From Takakia lepidozioides (taxonomy: Eukaryota; Plantae; Bryophyta), in the NCBI GenBank assembly GCA_030704615.1, contig CM060734.1:61256001-61320000 (forward strand): a DNA stretch of 64,000 nucleotides, in the 5' to 3' direction. A model generated the notes under the pieces. That model was given only the letters and a program-made list of their open reading frames with translations. It searched no databases and was not told the DNA's origin. This document shows, in pieces, positions 11,690 through 23,208 of the stretch. Within the stretch, counting starts at the first letter, position 1. The number at the start of each line of letters is the position of its first letter. The position numbers and the translations under genes are program-made.

Positions 11690-13202
11690 ATGGCCTCTTT
11701 TGGGAATGGTTTCTTCATGCAAGCGGAGCCCCAGGAAGCCCGCTTCCCGCTGGACCTGCCGCTCCCTATGCGAAGACGCGTGCAACCCTCATCAGGAACG
11801 AGATTCTACTTGGCGCATCAAGCTAAGACAAGGCATGACCTGTCCAGGGGTCCTATAAGACTTCCTTTCCTTCCCCCTCCCTTCCATTCAACGCCCCCAT
11901 CTCCCTCTCTTTTCCCTCCCTCCAGACACCCTGGCTTTGGTTTTTTCAGTGATAGATCCCCCTCTATTGGCTCCAGAAGAGACAAATTGGACAAAGGACT
12001 TAGGATCCCCTTCTCACTCATGATCTTCTAGATGAGGACTCTCCCCTTGTCGCCATGGGCCTGGAGGATATAGACACCCAAGTTACAAACTCTGGAAAAG
12101 CATGGCATCCTCGTCCACTTCCCGGGAAGAAAAGTTAACAGAGCCTACGTCAGGGATTGGGCAATTCGCCACTTGGGGGGCTCGGGTGAACTCGGGTAGC
12201 AGTTTTGCCACAACAAAGGGATAGGCTTCTTTTCCATTGTGTTTGAAACCAAAGAGGCTGCTGCCCAAGCCTTACTGTTCAATCCTCACACAAAAAGATT
12301 CAATGTGAATATCTTCCCCTGGTCCTCCAAAATGGGGAACAGAACGGAAAGAAGTGGGGACCCAGAATTATATCTATCCCATTCTTCCGGATCAATACTT
12401 GGCTAATATGTCGGATATAGCTAACCACTTTGGCTTCTACCTGGGCTGTATGTCAGTTTTTTATCCACAAATGTGCACTCAAAACCTCCGCCAAGACTTG
12501 GCATGGAGGACAGGTACTATAGCCTCCAAGCTTCATGAATCAGGCTGCCCCAAAATAGTACTGATGATGCCCAATGATGCAGCTCTACCAAATTTCATCA
12601 GACTTCCTATCGATAAAGAAGGGAACTACTTTGAGGAATCTACATTTGCTGCGTGTTTTAACTGTGGTCAACTAGGCCATTTTAAAATCGATTGCCCTTC
12701 TGCTAAGAGAAAGAGGGCCCCAAACTCTCCATCCTCCTTGGACTCTGGTAGGCGAACTCCTCTCCAGCACACCACTGGAAATCAGGCCCCCCAGGTTGGT
12801 CAGAAAGGCACTGCCCAGTTGAAAGGAAGGCCATCCTCAGCCTTCTCTCTGTATTCAGCGCGTCAGGCTTCGGCTTCACAAGACACGATGCAATTCAGAT
12901 ACTCCAGACCCAAAGCTCTCTGTCAGACACGACTCCTTCCGAGATCCCATGTTTTTGGAAGTTGGATCTTTTTTCAACCACCAGGCAAGGGTACCACTGA
13001 GTCAGGCGCAACCCCAGGGCAGATTGTCGACTCCCAGGAGTTATGGTCAAATATCTGCAGGCTCTCAAAAATCCACTCTTCAGCTCATTATGCCCACCAA
13101 ACCCCCCAAGCATTCCAGCCTGCCCATTCCCAGGGTTATTTTGGGTGTTGCCATCAACTCAGTATTTTTTCATCTGAACCGGATGAAATGTACAGCTTCT
13201 GA
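11690..13202 (+). mobile_element. LINE (L1-clade-like) ORF1 remnant with CCHC zinc knuckle; pyrimidine-rich leader at about 11100-11690
   Basis: Frameshifted segments (GILVHFPGRKVNRAYVRDWAIRHLGA; FNVNIFPWSS) resemble the DUF4283 region, followed by ACFNCGQLGHFKIDCP in ORF 12354-13202. No ORF2 follows. Confidence 0.6.
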
Positions 13203-13659
13203 TGACCCTGGACTGATGTTAATTACCCTTAATTATGGTTAATTAAGGAGTGAAACCCTAACCCCTACCTTAAAACCTACTGTTTAACCTAGCTACGAAT
13301 GACATCCGTCGGGTTTTAAAGAATATGATGTTGATTACTCATCCTGCACAAAAATCGGGCAAGAGCCCTAAGATGTCTCTTCCGCCGTCAGAAGCACGAG
13401 CAGTGCTTCTAAGCTCACGGGAAGAGCGTTATGGTGTCTGCGTTCTGCCGCTACCTTGTTTGCTGCATCGTACCCGTGCTGGGTAATCTCTTGGGGATAC
13501 GCAATGGCGGCGCTTTGTTTTTTCTTATAGGCGAGAGACAATGTTGTGAATGCATCGTCAATTTCCCTCTTCTGGCTTTTAATTTTTGCTCGGCGCTTGT
13601 GTGGGGAAGTATCTCTCTCTCCCTTCTTAAACCTAGCAAGTGTGCTTGTATGCTTCATG

Positions 13660-14030
13660 GTCCTTCAAGGTGCTTGTATGAACATATCCTGAATCTGTAG
13701 TAAGGCAGGCTGTTCTTATCTACCCAAGGAGCCTTGCATGATGCATGTCTTGGGTTACTTACAAATGCTTAAGAGTGTGGCTGCATTATATTTTGTCATG
13801 CCCAAGAAGATTAATTAGTTGCATGCTTGGAATATGATAAACTACAGGCTGGTCCATCAAGATGTTTGTGTATACATATCTTGGATCTGTAATGTGGCAA
13901 GCTGTTTTTACATGCCCATGATATCTTGCATGATGCATATCTTGGGATAATTACGGATGATATAATCTGAGGCTGCAATTTAACCTGTAATGTGCAAGAG
14001 GGTCACTTGGGTACATGTCAGGAATCTGAA
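13660..14030. repeat. Diverged tandem duplication, two units of about 190 bp
   Basis: 13660-13850 versus 13853-14030 share acatatc.tg.atctgta and cttgcatgatgcat.tcttggg.ta.ttac at the same spacing. Confidence 0.7.
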
Positions 14031-15496
14031 CATGAATAAACCCTGCCCTCCCACCCTGTTTTATCATGACTGAATGGGTGTTTGTCACTTGGTATGCTAT
14101 GACAAGATTGGAAGTGTTAGATGGTGCCTTGTCATGGGCTATTTATGTCTTTAATTGACAATGACCCTAGTGGGTCTTGTCCATGTCTTGACATAACATG
14201 AATATCTTCCCTCACTCTCTTTTCTCTCCCTCTATCCCTCTCCCTCGCTTTCCCCTCTTTCCCTCTCTCTCCCTCTTTTTTTTCACTCACCACAATAAAG
14301 AACTAACTAGAGAGGGAGAGAGAGAAAAGAAAACCTACCTCGGCTGCTTCGGCGCCGTGACTGCTGCAAACGACGCGTCTCCCCGCCACTGCAGTGCTCT
14401 CTCCCCCGCTCCCCCACGCTCTTCTCTCTCCTTCCGCTTCCTTTGCGGACGCCTCTCCACGGCGTTTCTGCCACACATGAGAGAGAGAGGTTAGCAAGAG
14501 AGAAAGAGAAGAAGGAGGCAAAACATACCTGCGCGGCGCGGCGTTGGAGCGGCAGCAACAGCTTGGGGCAAGTTTGTCTTCGCGTTGCGACCACCCTGTA
14601 AGCTTCCTCCACCCTAAGCCCCACATTCCCACCTCTCTCTCTCTCTCTCCCAAAGAGCAAACGAAAACGGGGAGAGGGGGGGGGCTGTAGGTGCTTCAAT
14701 CACTTGGGAAAAACAAAATGGCGCGGTGCCGACGTGCCACGCCCTATTTTTGAATTTGAAAATGGGGGTTGCCACAGCCGGCCGTCGCAACTTGCAACCC
14801 CCCTACGTGGCAACAACAAAAAAACGCGTCGCAAGATGCGACGCCGTGGCGTGGCAATGAGCGACGGCAGGGGGTGGCACCCCAACTTCCCCCTTGTTAG
14901 CTGGGCAACAGGGGGTTACTTTGTAGGTTTAGGGTTTAGGGCCTTTTGGGGTTTTTAGGGTTTTTAGGGATTTGTTTTTTTGTTTTTTTGGTTCCCTTAT
15001 GGTTCTGGGCTAGGGTGTTTGTTTTTCTTTATGGTGCTAGGTTTTGGTTGTGGGTCTTCGGGTTCAAAGGGTAAACGGTGTAATTAGGATTCACACATCC
15101 AAAAAGTGGTTCAATCTGATAAGCGCAAAGCGCCAGGTTTCAGTAAATTTTTCCATGATGTGGGCAATCCGAAGACAGAACGTGAGGAAAAATTTATTGT
15201 CTTGGGTTCTCTCACCAGAGGGATGCTCCGCCTTTGTTTATCAATTTTGAAATTCCTGAGGCTGAGGCAAAGGCTTAGGCCCTTGGGCAATGTGGGACTA
15301 GTTTTTTGGGGGATTTTTTTTTAATAGTATTTTTTTGATATTGGGTTTTGGAGTCTGAATTTGTGAGGGTCGCTACGGCCCCCCGGCATTGGGGCGTAGC
15401 GACCCCTTGCTGTTGTAGGGTGGAAAGAGGACATAGGGTTTTTTTTGCCAATGGGTTTTGAGAAATGAAAGTGGGGGTGGTGTATGTTAATTAGGA

Positions 15497-17250
15497 TGCG
15501 ATGGTGAGGAAACATCGACCCGTCTCCCTCGAGGATGGGAAGGCGGTCCCACAGATCGAATGGGGCCCAATTCCAACCGTGTTTCCTGGTCCGTTGCACC
15601 TGATCCAATACAGGCTGGCGGACACAATTGTAGAAGGACCGGGATAAAATTTCAGGTGATGCGGAGGATGTTGACACTCCGGGATCGAGTCGGGCACGCA
15701 ACGGGTTGCCCCCTCGCGGACCACCCAATGGTGAGAGCCCTGCTAGTCCAGAGGCACAACGCCCACGTGCGTCCACCTTTGACCCCCCCCCCCCCCCCCC
15801 GACAGGATTGAGTGTTGGTGCACTAAGTGTTGGGCACGGATACCACCGGGCGGCACCAGACCACCGATGCGTCGATCGCATATTGTCGAAAAACATTACG
15901 TGAGGAACTTGATTGCCGATGTGGCAAAGGTGAGTCTTTTTCCACCCCCTCTCATTAACCTTCATTCATAGTACATTTGGTATATCTAATAATATAGTAT
16001 GATTGGTAAGCATACATGAAACCACATTACGATATAAGTATTGATACGTCATATACTACGCATATTGCAGCCACAACTTGATGCCCAAGCTCGCAATCAC
16101 ATTGCACGGGAGGCATTTCGCGCCGGTCTGCTTGTAAAATTTGTGCCAGAGCCAGTGCCCAATGAGACCAGTTAGTTCCCCCAGCACCATGAGATGTATA
16201 GGGTCGAGGGGTATCATAGGTGTCGCAGGCGTTATGGCCGGCGGCGAGCAAGCCCACCCCCCCCCCTCCGGTTTCCTCAGGCGGTCCCCCTGATGCAGTG
16301 TCCTTATCTGATGATTCTCCCCGCCATACATGCAGTAGCAGCTTGCAGACCGATTGTGCCCCCCCCCCCCCCCCCCCCGTCTGTTTCTTTGCTTGATCCA
16401 CCTCCGGTAGTACCTGGTCCGGACGTTGTACCCCCGGCTGTGCCTCCGACATTACATCCTCAACCACCTCCACTTTCATCTCCTCCGCCAACAGTACTAC
16501 CTCCACCAGTACCACCTCCACGTGCATGTGCCCCCCGAACCCCTATGAGGGGTCGGCTTTGCCCTAGGTTTCCTCCCCTTCGGCTTGGGCGGCCTGAGCC
16601 GGATCCTCGCCCCCGATGGGAAGCGCACAAGACTATGTTACTGAGGACCATCCAGCCTCGTTGCTGGGGGAATCATCTCGACCCTCCTACCCCCATCCGA
16701 GAGAATGTGGAGTTCGAGTATTGGGATAGACAGTATATTATGAGAGCCGCTACTGACCCTGCTATGGGTCGGGATTTATTCACGATCAATGATATTGTGG
16801 TTCCTCCTGGTAGACTTGTTTCCCTACTATGATCCATACTACACCTCCGGGGAGTTCCGTACATTACGCCTCGAAGCCCCATACTCATACCCTACATTTT
16901 GTGTGTCAACGGACATGATGTACGTAGACGGGGGTTATCTCCCATTGAGATCAGATTTTGTGATGGTGACCCCGATATCTTCGGCAATGTTGCTGGGCTC
17001 ATCAACAGTTCTTTTGGTCATCCTAGGAGAACCAATGTAGTATGGGACGAGCGAAGCCATGGGCATGAGAGCTTTTGTGGTCATACGTTGGTATATTGTG
17101 AGGAGATGCACATGTTTGTCATGACATGTGCTAATAGGACTATTAGGGCTAGCAGCGAGCTATTTGCCTCATACGAGTTCTCCCGGGATGATTGGCCCTC
17201 CGATTACAGCATGAGTGGGATGTGTATGACAGTAATAGGGTTCCTTTGAG
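15497..17250 (+). pseudogene. Degenerate proline-rich ORF upstream of the CACTA transposase (possible element-borne accessory gene)
   Basis: Exon-like GC-rich blocks with GT/AG ends, a Cys-containing segment (HCTGGISRRSACKIC) and a Pro-rich ORF at 16194-16832; poly-C slippage frameshifts. Confidence 0.4.
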
Positions 17251-18289
17251 ACAAGGATCGCGTAGATGGGCATTGTAGATATTCTCATGATGTACTTTGT
17301 ATACATCCGATTAATCGATTGATGTAAATATTTTTCTTGTTACTCGTGTGGGTTGCAACTTTGTATATGTGATCTGAATATACCTATGCACATGTGGACC
17401 AAATATGAGCTTGAACCAAGTTCATTCAATGGGTCATTCTAGTACTGAACGCAGCTACGTGTCGTAGAGACGGAAAATTGCGTTTCGCCTGTACATGATA
17501 TATATATATATTTCTATTTCTATTTTCAAGCCATATGCTTATTTCCGTACATTTGGGAGTAAACAAAAGTCACTTGGACCCAGAACCATATTTTGTTCTC
17601 TCATTTGTATTCCAAAGTTGAGTTATCTTCACTCTTTATATAGAGTTATGCAAAAGTGACCCTAGAAATACACTTATTTTTTTTCCTTTTTTTTTGGTCC
17701 AATTTTTTGCATGGATGTAGTGGTGCAAACCCTGATGTTACAGAATAAAATAGAGCCAAAAATAAAATCATTACGCCCCTCAAAACCGCAATTATATATT
17801 TTCTAAATGCAAATATTTATTTTAAATTATTTTAAATTCGATTTAATTCAAAAATTGGTTCAAGGGTGAGTGCGTCGTTGGGGAGGCAAATGTTTTTTTT
17901 TGCTGGATCTTTGCACATGTGTTGCACACATATTTAAGCACATGTGGGAAAAAGTGAAGCTTGAGCCACATCCGTTTGATGGGTGCAATGGCATGAAAGG
18001 ATTTTCTTTCGCATTAAAACTGGTTGATAGGGTGAACGCGTCCTTGGGGGGGGCAAATGATTTTGTTTGGGTTTGAAACTTTGCATGCGTGACGTTGTGC
18101 ACATACATGTAATTATTGAATGATATATTTGATGCATGCACACATTGACGGTTGTTGTTTGCAATGATACATTACAATATAATTATAATGTATGGTTGCA
18201 ATGACATATTATAATATATGCCCATATGTTCATTTTGTTTGTATCAAGACTTTGTCAATCCCTTCTCGGTTCTTTTTTGGGGGACCCCA

Positions 18290-21200
18290 TCCGAAAACAA
18301 CCCAAGTACATTAGGTGGGAGCCGTGGGCGAGACGCCACCCCCACCGGCGATCAAGTACCGAACGATGATGACGATGACAGTGACATTGATAGCAGCAGT
18401 GAGGATGGAATTAACCAGGAGGATGTGCAAGCTATGGAGGATCTCTTAATGCATCATATAGGCGCCGATGCAACCCATGGAGAAGAAACCAGGCCAATCG
18501 CTGATCCTGAAATGGGCCTCTCAAATGACTGGAGAGGGAGGCGAAAACTCCTTTGTACGAAGGGGCGAAAGTGAGTCGACTTTCAACAATCTTACTATTG
18601 CTCAATCTTCAAGTTCGATTTGGCATGAGTGGATGTCTGCCATAATGCGAACTATTGCGGACTATATCCTTGCTCCACACTTGAAACCCAAGATGCCACG
18701 GTCGCGGAAAGAGGCGCGCGAAGTGTTGGACTCTGTGGGGATGGGCTATAAGATTTTTCATGCATATCCATGTGATAAAACCCTATACTACGGAGATGAT
18801 TCGCGTCTCACCAAGTGCCCAAAGTGCAAGGAAGACCGATATCGGGATGATATCCAAGAGAAAAAAATACCATACAAGGTATATTAAGCGTCATTCCCCC
18901 CTCGCATGAAAAATTTTCTTCTTTAATCTTGTCAATGCATGTCAAGTATATTCCACAAAGTTTGGGGTTTAGAGAGTAGTACTCATACAAGATCTGATTG
19001 TGGCTTTGGAATGAGCGAGTAATACTAGCGACGTTCGGTTTTGACCATTCACGCCCAAATGAAGGAGAGGCTGTATAAAGGGAAAGACATAAGGGTGTTG
19101 TATTATGTGTCATAATGGGATGATTATATGTGGGGGACGTGGGACATTTGGCAACACTGATGAGATGACACGCCTCGCATCGGAGCCCCCCGAGATGAGA
19201 GGCATATTGCTTTGGACAATGCATGATTATCCAGGTATATTATGTTCCTCATGAGGAACCCGCGTACGTTTACTTGTGAAGGCGACAGTCTTGTGTACTG
19301 TAGTGGGGTAGATGGCACTATGGGCCATGCACATGAGAACTTCTTGTTTTGGCTAATGTGGCGGGATGTGTACAAGACTAACTATTTGCTCGGAGCTAAG
19401 CACCAAAGGGTACCATGCGTGCTTGCATTGTGGCGATGACTTGATGCACATAGCTCCCGCCATCTTCGCAAGATAGTGTATCCCAACTACCGCAAGTTTC
19501 TTCCTATGAGCCATCGATGGAGAAGAAGAGAGAAACATTTGTTTGATGGCAAAGAGGAGGTACGTCCCCCCCCTGTGACACCATCCGGGTAGTTGTGGGA
19601 AGACCGATGGAAGGAGGCCCATGCGGGCACGGTCGGTGAAGTGGACGTGCCCGACATGAAGCGACTTTCAATCTTCTACGAGTTGCCATATTGGGCGGTA
19701 CGTATTCCATAAAAACATCGTCAATATCCCTATGCATGCATGTGATATTACACATTTGGTATGTGTTGCACTGTCACTTTCACGTCAAAAATTTGTGTAA
19801 GTATTTGTGGGTGAGGATATATGTAGGACCTAAAGATTTGCCATCTTCTAGATCCCATGCATATTGAGAAGAATGTCTGCTTGTCCCTTTTTTGGTTTCT
19901 TCATGGCACGCCGACAAAGAAGGGAGTGGCTGCAAAAGGAGATTCTCTCGGTGTTAGAAAGAAGCTTGAGGAGCAGGGTCGCATGCGCCATCTATGGACC
20001 GAACAAAATGGTGTGGACCCAAATGGTGTTGTACGATGGAAGTATAGGCGCGCACCTTGGCAATGGACAAATAAGGAATACAAGAATGTGATAGCCACCA
20101 TAGGTGTTGTCCGAACACCAACTAGTTATGGGTCATTCCTCCGTATGAAGTTCAGCGAAGACGGGGTCCATGGTTTGAGATCTCATGACTACCACAATAT
20201 TTTGCAAGACATCTTGTCAATTGCAGTATATGGGACATTGACTCCCGAGGTCCGCGAGACAATCTACAAATTGGGAAGCTTGTTTCGGTGGATTTTCTCC
20301 AAAGAGTGGGAGGAAGCGGATTTCCACGCATGAAGAAGGAGGCGGTGGAGGTATGTGTATATTGGAGATGAACCTTCATTCCTCCTCCTTTGACATCCAA
20401 CTGCACATGGTAGTGCACTTAGTGGAAGAGGCTTCGATTGCCGGCCCCGTTCATTCTCGGTGGATGTACTTCCTTGAGCGTTACATAAAGACTTTGAAAG
20501 CATTTGTAAGACAAATGGCGCACCCGGAGGGTAGCATGGCGGAGGGGTATATATTGCAAGAAGCTATGTTCTATTGCATGGAGTACATGGCAAGGATGGA
20601 TGAGGAAACCCCTCGGATGTGGAAGGAAGAGGAGGATGTACGAACCAAAGACATTGTTTTGCCCAAAAAATCGAAGAGGGTAAAATTGCCGACCTTGGTT
20701 ATTGAGCAAGCGCATGACTTCATACTGAAGAACACCCCATCCATATATGAGTGGGAGACAAGATACCATAACCTTGTTCAACTACGAGAGGAGGAGACGC
20801 TTGCATAGAGGCGGAACCATCGAAGGCCAGTTACTAGACGTCGTCGACGAGGAGCGGGCCGTCGGAATGTTCCTTCACAAGATTTGCTCGTGGAATTGCA
20901 GCCTCTAAGTTCATTCCAACAGTCGCTCAAGACTTCAGTTTATGACGTCGTTTCTCAAGGTGAGGTGGTTTCAGATATGGTGCAATATCTTGCAAGGGGC
21001 CCCTCCCAATCCGCGATCTCATACACGGCGGTTTGGGATCACGGTCGTCATTTTCACATTCGTGCTCTTGACATGAAGCGCAAAACAACGTTTGATTCTG
21101 GCTTGTGTGCCATATATTGGCAAGACTCCGTGTGAGATAAGGGAGATACATGACCTGCTATGAGCAAACTTGAGTACATTGGAAAGCTTGAGAGCATATT

Positions 21201-21790
21201 CCAACTTCAATATACAAGGTACCGGCCTCTTCTCTTCAAGGGAAGGTGGTTCCAGCCACATGATCTTGTTGGGCCCTCTGCAACACTAGTGCGAGATGAT
21301 TGTGGTTTTATGCGCGTCAATGCAGATAGACTCAACCATACTCATTGTCCCTCCGATGAGCCTTTTGCATTTCCTTCAGACATGGAGCAAGTTTTCTTCT
21401 CCGATGACAAAACAAGAGGGGGAAATTGGAAGGTGGTTGAGGAAGACGTATCTATCATGGTCTTGGATCTCCACGGGGTGAGGCAATTACGGTGGAGGGA
21501 CAGACTGGTCATAATGATGCTGATGATGGAGGTTGGGTAGAGGGGGTAGAAGAGGACGATGACGCCCCGGAGAATGCATCCCGGACCCTATATGATGATG
21601 ACGCTCCAGAAGATACGGATGTTGGACAAGGAGATGAAGACACGGCCATTGATAACGAGGTTGAGGATGATTCGGAGGTGCCTTTTGAGGGCCGGACCAT
21701 TTATGACAATGACTCCGATGAGCAAGAAGACTTGCAGCTTGATGAGGATGAAGAAGCTCCGGATGATGACGATCGAGTTGATTAGACACG
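18290..21790 (+). mobile_element. EnSpm/CACTA TnpD-like transposase pseudogene (Transposase_21/DUF4218/DUF4216 architecture)
   Basis: Motifs: GMGYKIFHAYPCD..LY..KCPKCKEDRY; LLWTMHDYPG; KRLSIFYELPYW; DPMHIEKNV; GLRSHDYH; FDIQLHMVVHLVEE..GPVHSRWMYFLERY..PEGSMAEGY; DEPFAFPSDMEQVFF..WKVV; acidic tail. Many stops and frameshifts. Confidence 0.93.
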
Positions 21791-22019
21791 TAATCAAAGC
21801 TACATAATAATTCTTGCACCGATTGATTGTACATATACATGCATATTGTAGTTTGTTTCTATGATTCATCAATGGTCTTGCAAGTGAGGGGTTTGGTTCT
21901 TTGCCATGGGACGCCATGGTATGGAAACAAACTCCTTGATGTTGGACGCCACAACTTGGATGTTAGTTTCTACAAAATGGACAAGTTGATGAGGACATCG
22001 ACTCCCTGTTAGTAGGGGT

Positions 22020-22315
22020 GTGTGTCGCGGCCCTTTGTCTTGAGGGCAGGGGGTCGGGACACAAGAGGGGCTGCCCCTGTGGTGGTCCAGTGGCAACAAT
22101 AGGTACGGGGGTTGAAGCACCCTTGAGTGCCTTGGCGGAGGCGCTCACTAGGTGGAGCCCCGCACACCGGGTTGCAGTGTGGGTGGTTCCACGAGGGGTG
22201 GTGGTAGCTTAGTGGGTCTTAGTGGGGGTGGTATAGGACTCACCATGGGGCGGAGACCTTGTGGTGGGAGTCGTGGGGAGTCTTGGGGCCGTGGTAGGTG
22301 GGCCAAGACTCACCG
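22020..22315 (+). repeat. Dispersed repeat homologous to 51390-51650 (likely TE subterminal sequence)
   Basis: gcggccctttgtcttgagggcagggggtcgggacacaagaggggctgcccctgtggt versus gcggccttttgccttgtggccgagggtcaagacacagagggggctgcacttgtggt; shared gtggggagtcttgg...ccaaga.tcacc. Confidence 0.65.
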
Positions 22316-22425
22316 CGACTCATCACCGGGAATGGAGGGTCTTCGTGGTCGTTCGCCATAAAATGACTGCGTTGTTTGTGAAACCCCCTCGAACAGTCAC
22401 AGAAGTATATATAGGGAGTAGTAAC

Positions 22426-23200
22426 CAGTGTTGGCCGGGTATGGCATCTTGACATGCATATCTGGCGGTTATTTGCCGGTTATACATATGTGCATAACCG
22501 GAAAGTGCAGCCCCCGCAGGAACCGGCTATGGAAGGGAACCGGAAAAAAAAATCGAGCTTCCTAATCGGCTAGAGAACCGGCATGGTGATTATAAGGGTG
22601 TTATACCCGGAGCAAGATCCAGAGCAAATGTGGATGGCGTAGAGGCGGTTCTAGATAATACAAGTGTAAGGGTTAGTGATGATAGTTATGAAATTACAAT
22701 GTTGGGGAGATTAGGTGCACAACACTAATGAGAATGTCCAAGTAGGAAGTTCATTAGTTGGGCATTTGGCATTTGGCTAGGACAATAGTTGTAAGTTGTA
22801 AGCTTAGTGTATTAGAGGGGCTGGGCGGAGAGATAGATGACAGGGTTGAACTTGAACTTTGAACCCGAGACCCACAACCAATACTCTAGTGGCTTATCAC
22901 CAGGCCACAACCCTTTTGTGTATAGTTTTACACACATACACAAAAATGCTAGAAAAAATAAAAATAAATAAAAGTGGATGAATCCCATAACCGGTACCAT
23001 GGAACCGGCATTTTTTAAGATGACATAACCGGTAGATTGAGAACCGGACAAAAAAAAATCCATGTGTTTATTGAGAACCTGTAACCGAGATGTTTTTCAA
23101 ACCTATTGGTGTACCCTTCCCCGGCCATCCATTTTTTTCAAAGAGTACGCCATAACCGGGACCGGGAGAGGGCTCAAAACATGGTATCTGGCCAACACTG
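22426..23200. mobile_element. hAT-type MITE
   Basis: TIR CAGTGTTGGCC (11 bp perfect); perfect 8-bp TSD GTAGTAAC (22418-22425, 23201-23208); AACCGG subterminal repeats. Confidence 0.92.
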
Positions 23201-23208
23201 GTAGTAAC

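Noticed and set aside
17660-22416. CCCTA...TAGGG as termini of the CACTA element
   Set aside because: Only a 10/12 inverted match and no matching TSD.
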